Positions 51,478-60,750 of a stretch of DNA of 64,000 bases are shown piece by piece. The notes beneath the pieces are model-generated. The model did not search any database, was not told the origin of the DNA, and saw only the letters and a program-made list of their open reading frames with translations. The first letter of the stretch is position 1, and each line of letters starts with the position of its first letter. The stretch lies in the NCBI RefSeq assembly GCF_017469785.1, contig NZ_JAFUFU010000008.1; one strand, given 5' to 3'. Position numbers and translations under genes: made by a program. This DNA is from Treponema sp. Its GTDB lineage: Bacteria > Spirochaetota > Spirochaetia > Treponematales > Treponemataceae.

Positions 51478-52040
51478 TTTCTCTCATCGTATATTATCTT
51501 TTGTCTGCATGTGTCGTTCTGTTTTATGGGGTGGGAATCCATAAATCCTTTTCCCATAATGATACCCTCTCTACCTCCTTGCTTACCTGTTTCAAGTCGC
51601 TTTTTTCAGCAGGCTCTACGACTGCGGTTACTTATCTGATGATGAATTGGCTCCTTGTTCCCGCTCATCTGGAAGAATTTTTTCCCTTCCTTGCCGCCCT
51701 CCTGTTCATTTTATTCTCTACGCTTACAGAAATATTTATCGGAATAGGAATAAGGCAGTCACCGATTGATTTTTCCATTCCGCTTCTTGCCGTGTTTCTT
51801 GGTCTCAATGAAGGAGTGTCCATCGGCTATGCCGTTATGATTTCTTGCCTGTGCATAATTTCTTTTTATGTCATGCTTGTTGTTTTTCATTGCGTTCGCC
51901 AGCGCGTCAGTTTTTACACACTTGAAGGAGGACTCAAGACTTATTGTGTCCTGCTTATCTGCCTTGCGGTTGTCATGATTGCGATTTACGGCGTCAATGT
52001 CTCTTGGTTCTATCTATATCTTGGAGGGGGAGCAAAATGA
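51474..52040 (+). CDS. RnfA/NqrE-like membrane subunit (divergent)
   Basis: Six TM segments, appropriate length and position. The conserved Cys motifs are absent. Confidence 0.45.
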   Translation: MISLIVYYLLSACVVLFYGVGIHKSFSHNDTLSTSLLTCFKSLFSAGSTTAVTYLMMNWLLVPAHLEEFFPFLAALLFILFSTLTEIFIGIGIRQSPIDFSIPLLAVFLGLNEGVSIGYAVMISCLCIISFYVMLVVFHCVRQRVSFYTLEGGLKTYCVLLICLAVVMIAIYGVNVSWFYLYLGGGAK

Positions 52041-52570
52041 TTCTTTCTTTCGTATTCCTGTTTTTGATGCTTCTTCTGATTACAGCTGTTGTATTTTATC
52101 TGTTTTGTTTTTTTATTCCGGCCTTGAAACTTAAATATGACGGAATAAGCACGACTTTAGCGACGAAAATTCAGTTCTATGAGGATGATGTGGAGCCCTT
52201 TACCGGGGATAGGACAAAAATCGCTGCCATCGATGATTCAGCTGACTCTGATTTTGAAAAGCGGCTCCTGTATCAGGGGGATAAAAACTGCCGGCTTTTC
52301 CATAATATTTACAATTCTGAATACAAAAATCCCAAAATCTGCATAGGGTTTGGCGATTGTGTCAGGATTTGCCCTCAGGAAGCCATAAAAATCCGTTTCA
52401 ACCGTGCGGAGATTATGGGAACCTGTAATGGTTGCGGCAAGTGTATTGATTATTGTCCTGAACATATCATTTCTTTGGTTCCCCGCAGCAAAAAAGATTC
52501 AGAATCTTTCCCAAAAGGCTTTAAATTTTGGGCCGCTTGTTATAAACTTTTATCTTGGGTGTGGGGGTAG
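52037..52570 (+). CDS. RnfB-like subunit: N-terminal TM segment plus a ferredoxin domain
   Basis: The TM segment is MILSFVFLFLMLLLITAVVFYLFCFF. CIGFGDCVRICP has its second Cys replaced by Phe. CNGCGKCIDYCP is canonical. Confidence 0.5.
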   Translation: MILSFVFLFLMLLLITAVVFYLFCFFIPALKLKYDGISTTLATKIQFYEDDVEPFTGDRTKIAAIDDSADSDFEKRLLYQGDKNCRLFHNIYNSEYKNPKICIGFGDCVRICPQEAIKIRFNRAEIMGTCNGCGKCIDYCPEHIISLVPRSKKDSESFPKGFKFWAACYKLLSWVWG

Positions 52571-52588
52571 TAGTTTTTTTATTGCCCT

Positions 52589-54586
52589 ATGAAAGTTTTA
52601 AATATCTGTTTTTACATAACGGGAACAAGTTCACTCCTTTCCCGTCACGAAGAATTCGAAAAGAAATATCAAGATGTTTACAGGAATATTGTCTCTTTCT
52701 TGTTTGAGCAGAACGAAGGTTGTTTTTCCATATCTTTGTCTGGTTCCCTGCTTTCATGGATTGGCCGTGAGCATGCAGAATTTACCCAGCTGCTCTCAAA
52801 ACTCATAAGCCGTAAGCAGGCCGAGCTTCTTGGTGGCGGCTATTACAATCCTGTTTTTCCCCTTCTTTTTGCCCAGGACAGGACCGGCCAGATTGATTTG
52901 ATGACTTCAGAAGTCCGTCGTTTTGTCGGAAAAAGACCACATGGTATGACGGTTTTTCACTCAATCTGGGATAACAGTCTGGTTCCCTGCATTCAGTCAT
53001 GTGGCATGGATTATGTGCTTTTGGACAGTTCCCTGATTCCAAAAGAAAAGCAGTTTTATTTGCCGCTTTTGGTAACGGAGCAGGGCAAGAGCATTAATGT
53101 GCTTTCCGTCAGCCGGGAATTCATTCCAAACATGCTTATCGCTCCCAGGGAGTATCTGCGGAACCTTTTTGACACTGTAAATTATCTCACAAAGGATGAT
53201 TCTTATAATTCTCTCACTGATGAGCGTGTCGTTGCGATAAAAATCGAAGAGGGGCAGTTCAAAAAGCTCTATGAGTCAAAATGGCTCGACAAGCTTTTTG
53301 TGGCCGCGAAAGAATATTTTCCTGATTCTGTAAAAATCACGCTCCCAATCGAATATCTTCATCGTGAGCAGACTCGTGTTCCTTCATATATTCCGGCGGG
53401 AATCCAGTCGGATGTGGCAAAATGGGCCAAAAAGGCCTACGAGGAATCTAATTCAAGTGCCTGTCCGCCGACAATTTTTGACTTTCTCCTCACATATAAA
53501 CAAAACAAAGCCCTGTACAACCGTATGCTCTATATTTCCCTGCTGATAAACCAGTGCAAGGGTGACAAGACCCGCAAAAAGGTTGCCCGGGAAAAGCTGT
53601 GGATTGCTCAGAGCGGAGAAGGCTATGTATGCGATCCGGACGGTGTCTTTGCGAATAATGCGATGCGGCAGCTGGCTTACCGAAGCCTGACGGAAGCTGA
53701 GAAACTTGTCCGTGAGGCTCAGAACGGCTCTTTTAAAGAGATGGTTTCCTGCTATGATTACAACGGTGACGGTTTCAATGAATATATTTGCGCGATGAAA
53801 CAGTATAATGCCTGCGTGTCGCTGAAGGGTGCCCAGATTACGGAACTTGACATAATTCACAATACTGGAAATTATGCCGATTCTCCGAGACGCATAAAAC
53901 AATTCGATAAATATGAAGACAAGTATCATCGGGGTCTTTTTGTAGACCATCTTTTCTCAATCGATGAATTTTCTGACTACAAGAAAAACACCCCTACTGG
54001 AAACGGAATATTCTCTCAGGTCCTGTTCAGGCAGCTTGATTTTGACGCCCACCGCCATGAAATAAAGCTTTCCGGCTCAGGGACCTTTTCTCCGATTCAG
54101 GCCGGTGTTACGCTCATCAAGAAATATATCGCCAATTCAAATGGATTTGCCCTCCAGTACATCCTGAAAAATGAAAGTCCATTTGATTTGAAAGGCGTCT
54201 TCGTTGCGGAGTCCAACTACGCCCAGACTGATTTTTCTTCCGTAAAAGCCCATTCTTACAAGGTCGAGGTGATTTCCAACGATGAAAAATCTGAAATAGA
54301 TGCAAAAGAGGCTCCCCGGTCAAGCAAGAAAGTCTCCTACATGCAGATAACGGATATTTCAAATGATATTTCCTTTGTCTATGAGCCAAATGAATTGTGC
54401 GACATCGTGTGCATGCCTATTCTTTTCCGCCGCCCGTCTTCCTCAAGCGATGTCCCGACCATTTCAGGAAATGCTTTCGTCGCTTCCCTGTGCTGGAATG
54501 TGGAGCTTGAGGCCGGTAAAGAAATTGAAAAGACTATCAACTATTCGATTATCGTTCCGAAGAAGAACAAGAAAAAGAGAGTCTAG
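52589..54586 (+). CDS. GH57-like protein with non-canonical catalytic positions
   Basis: AELLGGGYYNPVFPLL resembles GH57 region II. The expected H-x-H-Q-P (here CFYITGTSS) and W-x-x-E nucleophile region (here VFHSIWDNS) are not conserved by eye. Confidence 0.45.
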   Translation: MKVLNICFYITGTSSLLSRHEEFEKKYQDVYRNIVSFLFEQNEGCFSISLSGSLLSWIGREHAEFTQLLSKLISRKQAELLGGGYYNPVFPLLFAQDRTGQIDLMTSEVRRFVGKRPHGMTVFHSIWDNSLVPCIQSCGMDYVLLDSSLIPKEKQFYLPLLVTEQGKSINVLSVSREFIPNMLIAPREYLRNLFDTVNYLTKDDSYNSLTDERVVAIKIEEGQFKKLYESKWLDKLFVAAKEYFPDSVKITLPIEYLHREQTRVPSYIPAGIQSDVAKWAKKAYEESNSSACPPTIFDFLLTYKQNKALYNRMLYISLLINQCKGDKTRKKVAREKLWIAQSGEGYVCDPDGVFANNAMRQLAYRSLTEAEKLVREAQNGSFKEMVSCYDYNGDGFNEYICAMKQYNACVSLKGAQITELDIIHNTGNYADSPRRIKQFDKYEDKYHRGLFVDHLFSIDEFSDYKKNTPTGNGIFSQVLFRQLDFDAHRHEIKLSGSGTFSPIQAGVTLIKKYIANSNGFALQYILKNESPFDLKGVFVAESNYAQTDFSSVKAHSYKVEVISNDEKSEIDAKEAPRSSKKVSYMQITDISNDISFVYEPNELCDIVCMPILFRRPSSSSDVPTISGNAFVASLCWNVELEAGKEIEKTINYSIIVPKKNKKKRV

Positions 54587-54611
54587 GGAAATCTGTTTTT
54601 AGCATCTGCTT

Positions 54612-55148
54612 TTAGGCTTTGATTTCGCCTTGTGAGAGCTGCAGGTACATCTGGTCTGCAAGGCCGAATCCTGCGTTTTTGGTCATCATCGTGGCGTATT
54701 CGTCGTATAACATATCCTCATACATGTTTTTTGCGTAGCTTGCCTGGGAATCTGCTTTCATTACGGTTTTTCGCATTGACGAAAGCATCATTTTGACCAC
54801 ATAAGACTCCATTTCAAGGGATTTTTCGTAGAGTTTTGATGTCCGGTCGATTTCCCGCGGAGCGACATGGGGATTTGCCTGGTTTGCGGCGGCTCCCTGG
54901 GGCAGGGCGTGCTTGTCGCTTTCTGCCATGAAACTTCCGGTAAAACCTGATGTCCAGTCACCGTTGATTCGGCCGTCATAAGAAGTTTGAGAAGAAGAAA
55001 GATTTTTACCGACTCCGGCATTTTCGTTTTTAGCGAGAGACCGGGCCTCGTTTACAAGCGCATCAAATTTTCCTTTCTCAGAAGTAATCTTAGCGCCAAG
55101 AGAAGCTCCTTCGCCTTTAGTAATAGCCGAAATTCCACCGATTGTCAT
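54612..55148 (-). CDS. flgJ: Flagellar rod-binding (FlgJ N-terminal-like) protein
   Basis: The C-terminal Rod_binding-like sequence YVVKMMLSSMRKTV...MYEDMLYDEYATMMTKNAGFGLADQMYLQL. Confidence 0.7.
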   Translation of the reverse strand: MTIGGISAITKGEGASLGAKITSEKGKFDALVNEARSLAKNENAGVGKNLSSSQTSYDGRINGDWTSGFTGSFMAESDKHALPQGAAANQANPHVAPREIDRTSKLYEKSLEMESYVVKMMLSSMRKTVMKADSQASYAKNMYEDMLYDEYATMMTKNAGFGLADQMYLQLSQGEIKA

Positions 55149-55240
55149 ATTTGCTCCAATTCATAATTTATAATGCAAAATGCATAATTATTTAGAAGTT
55201 ATTCTCCGTTCATTATACATTCAGCATTGTGCATTATACA

Positions 55241-56035
55241 TTATCTTTTAAGGTTTACTGCCGTTGAGAGCATTGAGTCTGTGGTCTGGATGGCTTTTGA
55301 GTTGAACTCGTAGGCTCTCTGGGCCACAATCATCTGAACCATTTCGTTTACTACGCTTACGTTCGACATCTCAACGAACTTGTGCTTGGTTACGCCGAAG
55401 CCCTCAAAGCCCGGGCGACCTGCGATTGCCTCGCCTGACGCGTTCGTCACTTTATAGAGATTGTCGCCTACAGCCTCAAGGCCTGCGTTGTTGGGGAAGC
55501 GGTAAAGCTCAATCTGAGCCACGTCAACAGGATCGTCCTGACCGAAGATTTTTACGGAAACCCGGCCGGTGTCATCGATTGTAAGTGTATGGATGTCAAA
55601 ACCTTCCGGCATGATTACTTCCGGCTGAACTCGAAGACCGTTAGAATTCACCAGCTGTCCGTTCATGTCGATTTTGAAGGAGCCGTCGCGGGTGTAGGCA
55701 TAGCTTCCGTCATATTGCATGACGCGGAAAAATCCGTCTCCGACTACAGCAACATCAGTGTCAACGCCTGTGTTCTGGAGTGAGCCTTGTGTGAAAACGC
55801 GCTGAGTTGCCGCAACCTTTGTACCGGCTCCCTGCTGGATTCCCACAGGTGTGACCGTGTCTTCTGTTGCCGGAGTGCCCGCCAGTTTCACGTTCTGATA
55901 GATAAGATCCTCGAACTCAACACGCTGTTGTTTGAATCCTGTTGTGTTGACATTTGAGAGGTTGTTTGAAATCGTGTCAAGGTTTTGCTGTTGACCGTTC
56001 ATACCTGTCGCTGCTGTCCAAAGACTTCTTACCAT
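55241..56035 (-). CDS. flgG: Flagellar basal-body rod protein FlgG
   Basis: MVRSLWTAATGMNGQQQNLDTISNNLSNVNTTGFK together with a conserved C-terminal rod motif. Confidence 0.9.
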   Translation of the reverse strand: MVRSLWTAATGMNGQQQNLDTISNNLSNVNTTGFKQQRVEFEDLIYQNVKLAGTPATEDTVTPVGIQQGAGTKVAATQRVFTQGSLQNTGVDTDVAVVGDGFFRVMQYDGSYAYTRDGSFKIDMNGQLVNSNGLRVQPEVIMPEGFDIHTLTIDDTGRVSVKIFGQDDPVDVAQIELYRFPNNAGLEAVGDNLYKVTNASGEAIAGRPGFEGFGVTKHKFVEMSNVSVVNEMVQMIVAQRAYEFNSKAIQTTDSMLSTAVNLKR

Positions 56036-56303
56036 ATTTTACTCCTAAACACTGAAAAGCGTTTCAATCTGATACTCTATTATCGGAATCTGATGGAGAA
56101 ATTTAACGGTGATTTTTTGAATTTTCGATTTTCTGGATATAACAGGACATTGGCAAGATATTGATAATGACCATCTTTCCGATGATTGTGTATATGCATT
56201 AGATTTGATTTCTGATAAAATGAACTCATCGGCTGAGCTTATCAGAAATCAAATTGATAACTTCCAGGTGTAATCTGTAGTTAAAAATTCAAGTAGGAAA
56301 AAA

Positions 56304-57773
56304 ATGGCAGAATATCAGTTTCCAAGTGAATTTTCAGGCTTTCATTTTCATTTTGTCGGAATCAAGGGCACGGGCATGGTGGCTCTTGTGGAGATTCTTC
56401 ATGCGCGGGGAGCGGTAATTACGGGAAGCGATGTCTCAGAGCGCTTCTACACAGATGAGATTCTTGAAAAACTGGGAATTTCAGCCCTTCCGTTCTCAGA
56501 AAAAAACATTACTGACTCGGTGCGATTCGTTATTTATTCAAGTGCCTATTCAGTCGATAAAAATCCAGACCTTATCGAAGCCAAAAAACGCGGTCTGCCA
56601 ATGATGCTCTACTCTGAGGCTCTGGGAGCTGTCAGCGGCACTTCCTATTCATGCGGTGTCTGCGGTGTTCACGGAAAAACCACCACCACCGGTCTTTGCG
56701 GAACTCTCCTGAAGGAACTTCCCCTTGATTCTCAGGTTCTGGCTGGTTCCATCATAAAATCTTTCGGCGATTCCTGCGTCATGACCAAGGGACACGAGTA
56801 TTTTGTAGCTGAAACCTGCGAGTATCAGCGCCATTTTATGGCCTTTGAGCCGAAAAAAATCATCCTCACCAGCGTTGAAAGCGATCATCAGGATTATTAT
56901 CCCACTTACGAGGACATTCTTCAGGCTTTTGTGGATTACATCTGCAAATTGCCGGAAGGAGGACAGGTCATTTACTGTGCCGATGAAAAGGGCGCCTGCC
57001 AGGCGGTGGAGAAAGCTCTTGCAAGGCGGAGTGACATTCAGGCAATTCCTTACGGAGAAAATGCTTCTGGTGACTATAAGCTGACTTTTGGCCGGGTCGA
57101 AAGCGGCGTTCACTACTTTACTGTCGCGGCTCTTGGGGAGTGTGCCCTGTGTGTTCCCGGCGACCACAACGTGCGAAACGCTGTTGCTGCACTGGCCCTT
57201 TCCTGTGAGCTTTTAAAGACTGCCGGGAAGAATCCCGGGGATTACAGCGAAGGCTTGAAAAATGGGCTCAGGAATTTTGCCGGCGGAAAGCGTCGCAGCG
57301 AAATTGTGGGGCGGGCAAAAACTCCCCTCGGACAGGACGTGATTTTCATCGATGATTACGGTCATCATCCCACGGCAATTAAGACCACTCTTGCGGGCTT
57401 TAAGGAATTCTACAGGAACCATAAAATCATCGTGGACTTCATGAGCCACACTTATACCCGAACAGCGGCTTTGCTTGAGGAATTTGCCTCCAGTTTTGAA
57501 TCCGCGGACAGGGTAATCATCAATAAAATTTACGGTAGCGCCCGTGAAAATGCGGATAGTGCAAGCGTGACCGGTGAAATTCTTGCCGACCATGCAAAAA
57601 AATATCACAAGGATGTCTCTTATGCGGGAGAATTCGGTGAGGCTGCGGAACTGGGCCTTTCCTTCCTGTCTGAGCCGAGCGGAAAAGATTTTCCTGACGG
57701 TTATGTTTTCGTGACCATGGGGGCTGGCGACAACTGGAAAGTAGGGGTGAAACTCATGGAAAAACTCTCTTGA
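56304..57773 (+). CDS. murC: UDP-N-acetylmuramate--L-alanine ligase
   Basis: FHFVGIKGTGMVALVEIL and GVHGKTTTT, the P-loop of Mur ligases. Confidence 0.9.
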   Translation: MAEYQFPSEFSGFHFHFVGIKGTGMVALVEILHARGAVITGSDVSERFYTDEILEKLGISALPFSEKNITDSVRFVIYSSAYSVDKNPDLIEAKKRGLPMMLYSEALGAVSGTSYSCGVCGVHGKTTTTGLCGTLLKELPLDSQVLAGSIIKSFGDSCVMTKGHEYFVAETCEYQRHFMAFEPKKIILTSVESDHQDYYPTYEDILQAFVDYICKLPEGGQVIYCADEKGACQAVEKALARRSDIQAIPYGENASGDYKLTFGRVESGVHYFTVAALGECALCVPGDHNVRNAVAALALSCELLKTAGKNPGDYSEGLKNGLRNFAGGKRRSEIVGRAKTPLGQDVIFIDDYGHHPTAIKTTLAGFKEFYRNHKIIVDFMSHTYTRTAALLEEFASSFESADRVIINKIYGSARENADSASVTGEILADHAKKYHKDVSYAGEFGEAAELGLSFLSEPSGKDFPDGYVFVTMGAGDNWKVGVKLMEKLS

Positions 57774-57875
57774 TTCTCTTTTGCGGCGAAGATTTTTCAT
57801 TGTGTAGAAGTCAAAACTGTGTCATAATGAGCCATGTCGGATTTTTTTCGGCATGGCTTTTTTATAGGAATCAAA

Positions 57876-59030
57876 ATGAAAAAAAATCAGAATACTTTCG
57901 TTTTTGCAGGTGGCGGAACCGGCGGACACATTTATCCGGGGCTGGCCGTTGCCGACGAGCTTCGCGCTCTGGCTTCAAAAAATAATCAAGAGATAAAAAT
58001 CATATGGCTCGGAAATTCCAGCGGAATGGACAGGAATTTGGTTGAAAAATCAGGAAGCGTAGACCTTTTTATCGGAGTCCCAAGCGGAAAGCTTCGGCGG
58101 AACTTTTCTTTCAGGAATTTTACGGATCTTTTCAAAATTTTTGCGGGTCTTGTAAAATCCTTTTTCGTGCTGGCCAAAATCCGTCCCTCGGTTCTCTTTT
58201 CAAAAGGAGGCTTTGTAAGCGTTCCTCCCTGCATGGCGGCTTCGTTTTTGAGAATTCCGGTCTTTACCCATGAATGTGACTTTACGCCAGGACTTGCGAC
58301 AAGGCTGAATTCGAGATTCGCCTCAAAAATCCTTGTGACATACGAGGAAACAAAATCTTATCTCCCGGCCGCAAAACGCAGTCTGGCAGTGGTCACTGGA
58401 AATCCGGTCCGGCCTGTCTTCTATGAGCCGAATCCCCAGAATGGAAAGAATTTTCTTTTTGAAAATCGCAGCGATTATGATGAGACCAAGCCTATTCTTC
58501 TCGTTTTAGGCGGAAGCCTTGGTGCCCATCAGATAAATACCCTTGTTGCTGAAAACCTTGACTGGCTCATTGAGCGCTTTAATGTGGTACACCAATGCGG
58601 CGCAAAGGACGCTGATTCAATGCCCAAAGACAAACCGGGCTATTTCCTGCATCCCTTCATCTATAAGGAAATGTGTGACGTGATTTCTTCCGCTGATATC
58701 ATCTTGAGCAGGGCGGGCGCAAACTCAATCTGGGAAGCCTCTGTCCTTGGAAAGCCCATGATTTTGATTCCCTTATGTGGAAGCGGTACGCGTGGTGATC
58801 AGGTTGACAACGCGCATTTCTTTGAGGAAAAGGGGGCCGCAATCGTCCTTTTGGGAGAATATGCTGAAAGCGCTTATCTGAAATCTGCCCTTGAAAGAAT
58901 GTCTGATTCCACCTTCCGCATGAATTCCTCGCTTGCATCTAAGAGCCTGTCAGAGGGAAAACGACCCGCACAGAAAATCGCCGAAATTGTCTGGGATGCA
59001 GCATTTTCAAAAAGGGGGAATGAAAAGTGA
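57876..59030 (+). CDS. murG: Undecaprenyl-PP-MurNAc-pentapeptide UDP-GlcNAc transferase
   Basis: FAGGGTGGHIYPGLAVADEL. The start at ATG 57876 (MKKNQNTF) is preferred. Confidence 0.9.
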   Translation: MKKNQNTFVFAGGGTGGHIYPGLAVADELRALASKNNQEIKIIWLGNSSGMDRNLVEKSGSVDLFIGVPSGKLRRNFSFRNFTDLFKIFAGLVKSFFVLAKIRPSVLFSKGGFVSVPPCMAASFLRIPVFTHECDFTPGLATRLNSRFASKILVTYEETKSYLPAAKRSLAVVTGNPVRPVFYEPNPQNGKNFLFENRSDYDETKPILLVLGGSLGAHQINTLVAENLDWLIERFNVVHQCGAKDADSMPKDKPGYFLHPFIYKEMCDVISSADIILSRAGANSIWEASVLGKPMILIPLCGSGTRGDQVDNAHFFEEKGAAIVLLGEYAESAYLKSALERMSDSTFRMNSSLASKSLSEGKRPAQKIAEIVWDAAFSKRGNEK

Positions 59031-59509
59031 CCTTTACCTTTGTTGACATCGTATTCTTGATTATCATCGCATTCTTTGCCCTTGTGGCGATGGTTCACGG
59101 CCTTATCAAGGAATTGTTCGGAAAGCTTGCCGTTATTGCAGGCATTGTCGCCGGATTCTATTTTTGTGGCATGCTTGCTCCCCATATCGAAAAAATCATT
59201 AAGATTCCGGCAGTGGACGTGGTTCTTGCATTCATACTCGTGTTCATCACGGCATTCCTCATCGTGAAAATTATTCAGATAATTGTTGGCGCTATTTTCT
59301 CAGGGGAAATCATGAAGAGCCTTGACCGTGTGCTTGGGCTGGCTTTCGGTGCCGTCGAAGGGCTTTTGATAGTCTCTTGTATCCTTATCCTGATGAAAGC
59401 CCAGATTTGGTTTGATTTTTCTTCTCTTCTTGACTCGAGCACGGTTGCCGGAGTCCTCATTCCTTATCTTGATACTCCGATTTCCTATATCCGGGGGATG
59501 CTTGCCTGA
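59027..59509 (+). CDS. cvpA: CvpA-family membrane protein
   Basis: Four TM segments with the N-terminus FVDIVFLIIIAFFALVAMVHGLIKELF. The GTG start overlaps the murG stop (GTGA). Confidence 0.7.
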   Translation: MTFTFVDIVFLIIIAFFALVAMVHGLIKELFGKLAVIAGIVAGFYFCGMLAPHIEKIIKIPAVDVVLAFILVFITAFLIVKIIQIIVGAIFSGEIMKSLDRVLGLAFGAVEGLLIVSCILILMKAQIWFDFSSLLDSSTVAGVLIPYLDTPISYIRGMLA

Positions 59510-60750
59510 TGTTTGACAATCTTCTTTACCAGAACGCTTCTTCTCTCCTGCGTGAGGATATTCTGACGAACAGGCTTCCCGGCGCGATTCTCTTGAGCGG
59601 GCCTTCTTCATCTGGAAAACTCACTTGCGCCCTTGAAATCGCCAGAATCCTTTCCTGTTCCGGTGAGAATCAGTACAGGCAGAGAGGGCACTGGCTTTGC
59701 GAATGTCCGTCCTGCAAAAAAAACAAGGAACTCTCAAACACGAACGTGCTTCTTGCCGGTCCCCGTGACTGTTCCCTTGAAATCCTTGCGGCAAAAAAAG
59801 CTTTTCTTCAGGCATCTTTTGACAACGCATCCTTCTTGCAGGCAACCAGATATCTTTTTATCCGCTCTGTGCGAAAACTTACCCTGCGCTTCTCTCAAGT
59901 TCTCTGGGAAGGAGACGACAAGCTCTCAAAACTGGCTCCTGTTGTTGCCTCAATCGACGAGCAGATGGAAAAACTCAATCCCGAAAAAAGTCTTCCTGAC
60001 TCAGACAAGCTTGAAAAAATTTGCGATGATATCGTGAAAAACTGCGACAAACTGAGCTCCTCTTTCATGTATGATTCCCTGCCCATAAACCAGATTCGTC
60101 GTGCCTCAACATGGGCGCATATGAAAAGCGTTTCTGGCAAAAAAATCTTCATTATCGAGAACGCGGAGCGAATGCTTGAGAGTGTCCGCAATGCCTTGCT
60201 GAAAATCCTTGAAGAGCCTCCAGAGGATATGGTATTTATCCTCACGACATCGAACAGGGGAGCGGTCATGCCGACGATTCTTTCCCGGGTGAGAACATAC
60301 AATTTTAGGGAACGGAGCGCAATCCAGCAGAAGGAAGTCGTGCAGCGCGTTTTCCATGCCCGGGGAAGTGAGGAAAATCTTCTAATAAGCGATTATCTCC
60401 AGCTTTTTCTCCCTGTTAAGCCTGCTGAAATCAAAAAATCCTCCTCCGCATATTTTTCTTACCTCATGAGCGGACAGATTCCTCTCTCAGATGTTATCGT
60501 AAAGGAATGTGCTTCCTTTGAGCCGCGTTTCCTGCTTAAAATTTTCCTCGTCGGAATAATGGAGGAGGCAAAAAAAGGGGGGCTTTCTCCCGTTAGGAAT
60601 GAAGTCTGCTCCAGAATCACGGAATTCTGCCGGGAAGCCTACAATTCGGTCTCCGTGTTCAATGTTTCTCCTGTTGCGGCTATTGAACGGCTTTCACGGG
60701 ATTTGTCCAGCGTCAAGCGACTCTGGGCGGAATCGGGGGGAGCGCAATGA
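59509..60750 (+). CDS. holB: DNA polymerase III delta-prime subunit-like AAA+ protein
   Basis: LPGAILLSGPSSSGK, a Zn-module-like C..CPSC, and IFIIENAERMLESVRNALLKILEEPP. Confidence 0.75.
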   Translation: MFDNLLYQNASSLLREDILTNRLPGAILLSGPSSSGKLTCALEIARILSCSGENQYRQRGHWLCECPSCKKNKELSNTNVLLAGPRDCSLEILAAKKAFLQASFDNASFLQATRYLFIRSVRKLTLRFSQVLWEGDDKLSKLAPVVASIDEQMEKLNPEKSLPDSDKLEKICDDIVKNCDKLSSSFMYDSLPINQIRRASTWAHMKSVSGKKIFIIENAERMLESVRNALLKILEEPPEDMVFILTTSNRGAVMPTILSRVRTYNFRERSAIQQKEVVQRVFHARGSEENLLISDYLQLFLPVKPAEIKKSSSAYFSYLMSGQIPLSDVIVKECASFEPRFLLKIFLVGIMEEAKKGGLSPVRNEVCSRITEFCREAYNSVSVFNVSPVAAIERLSRDLSSVKRLWAESGGAQ

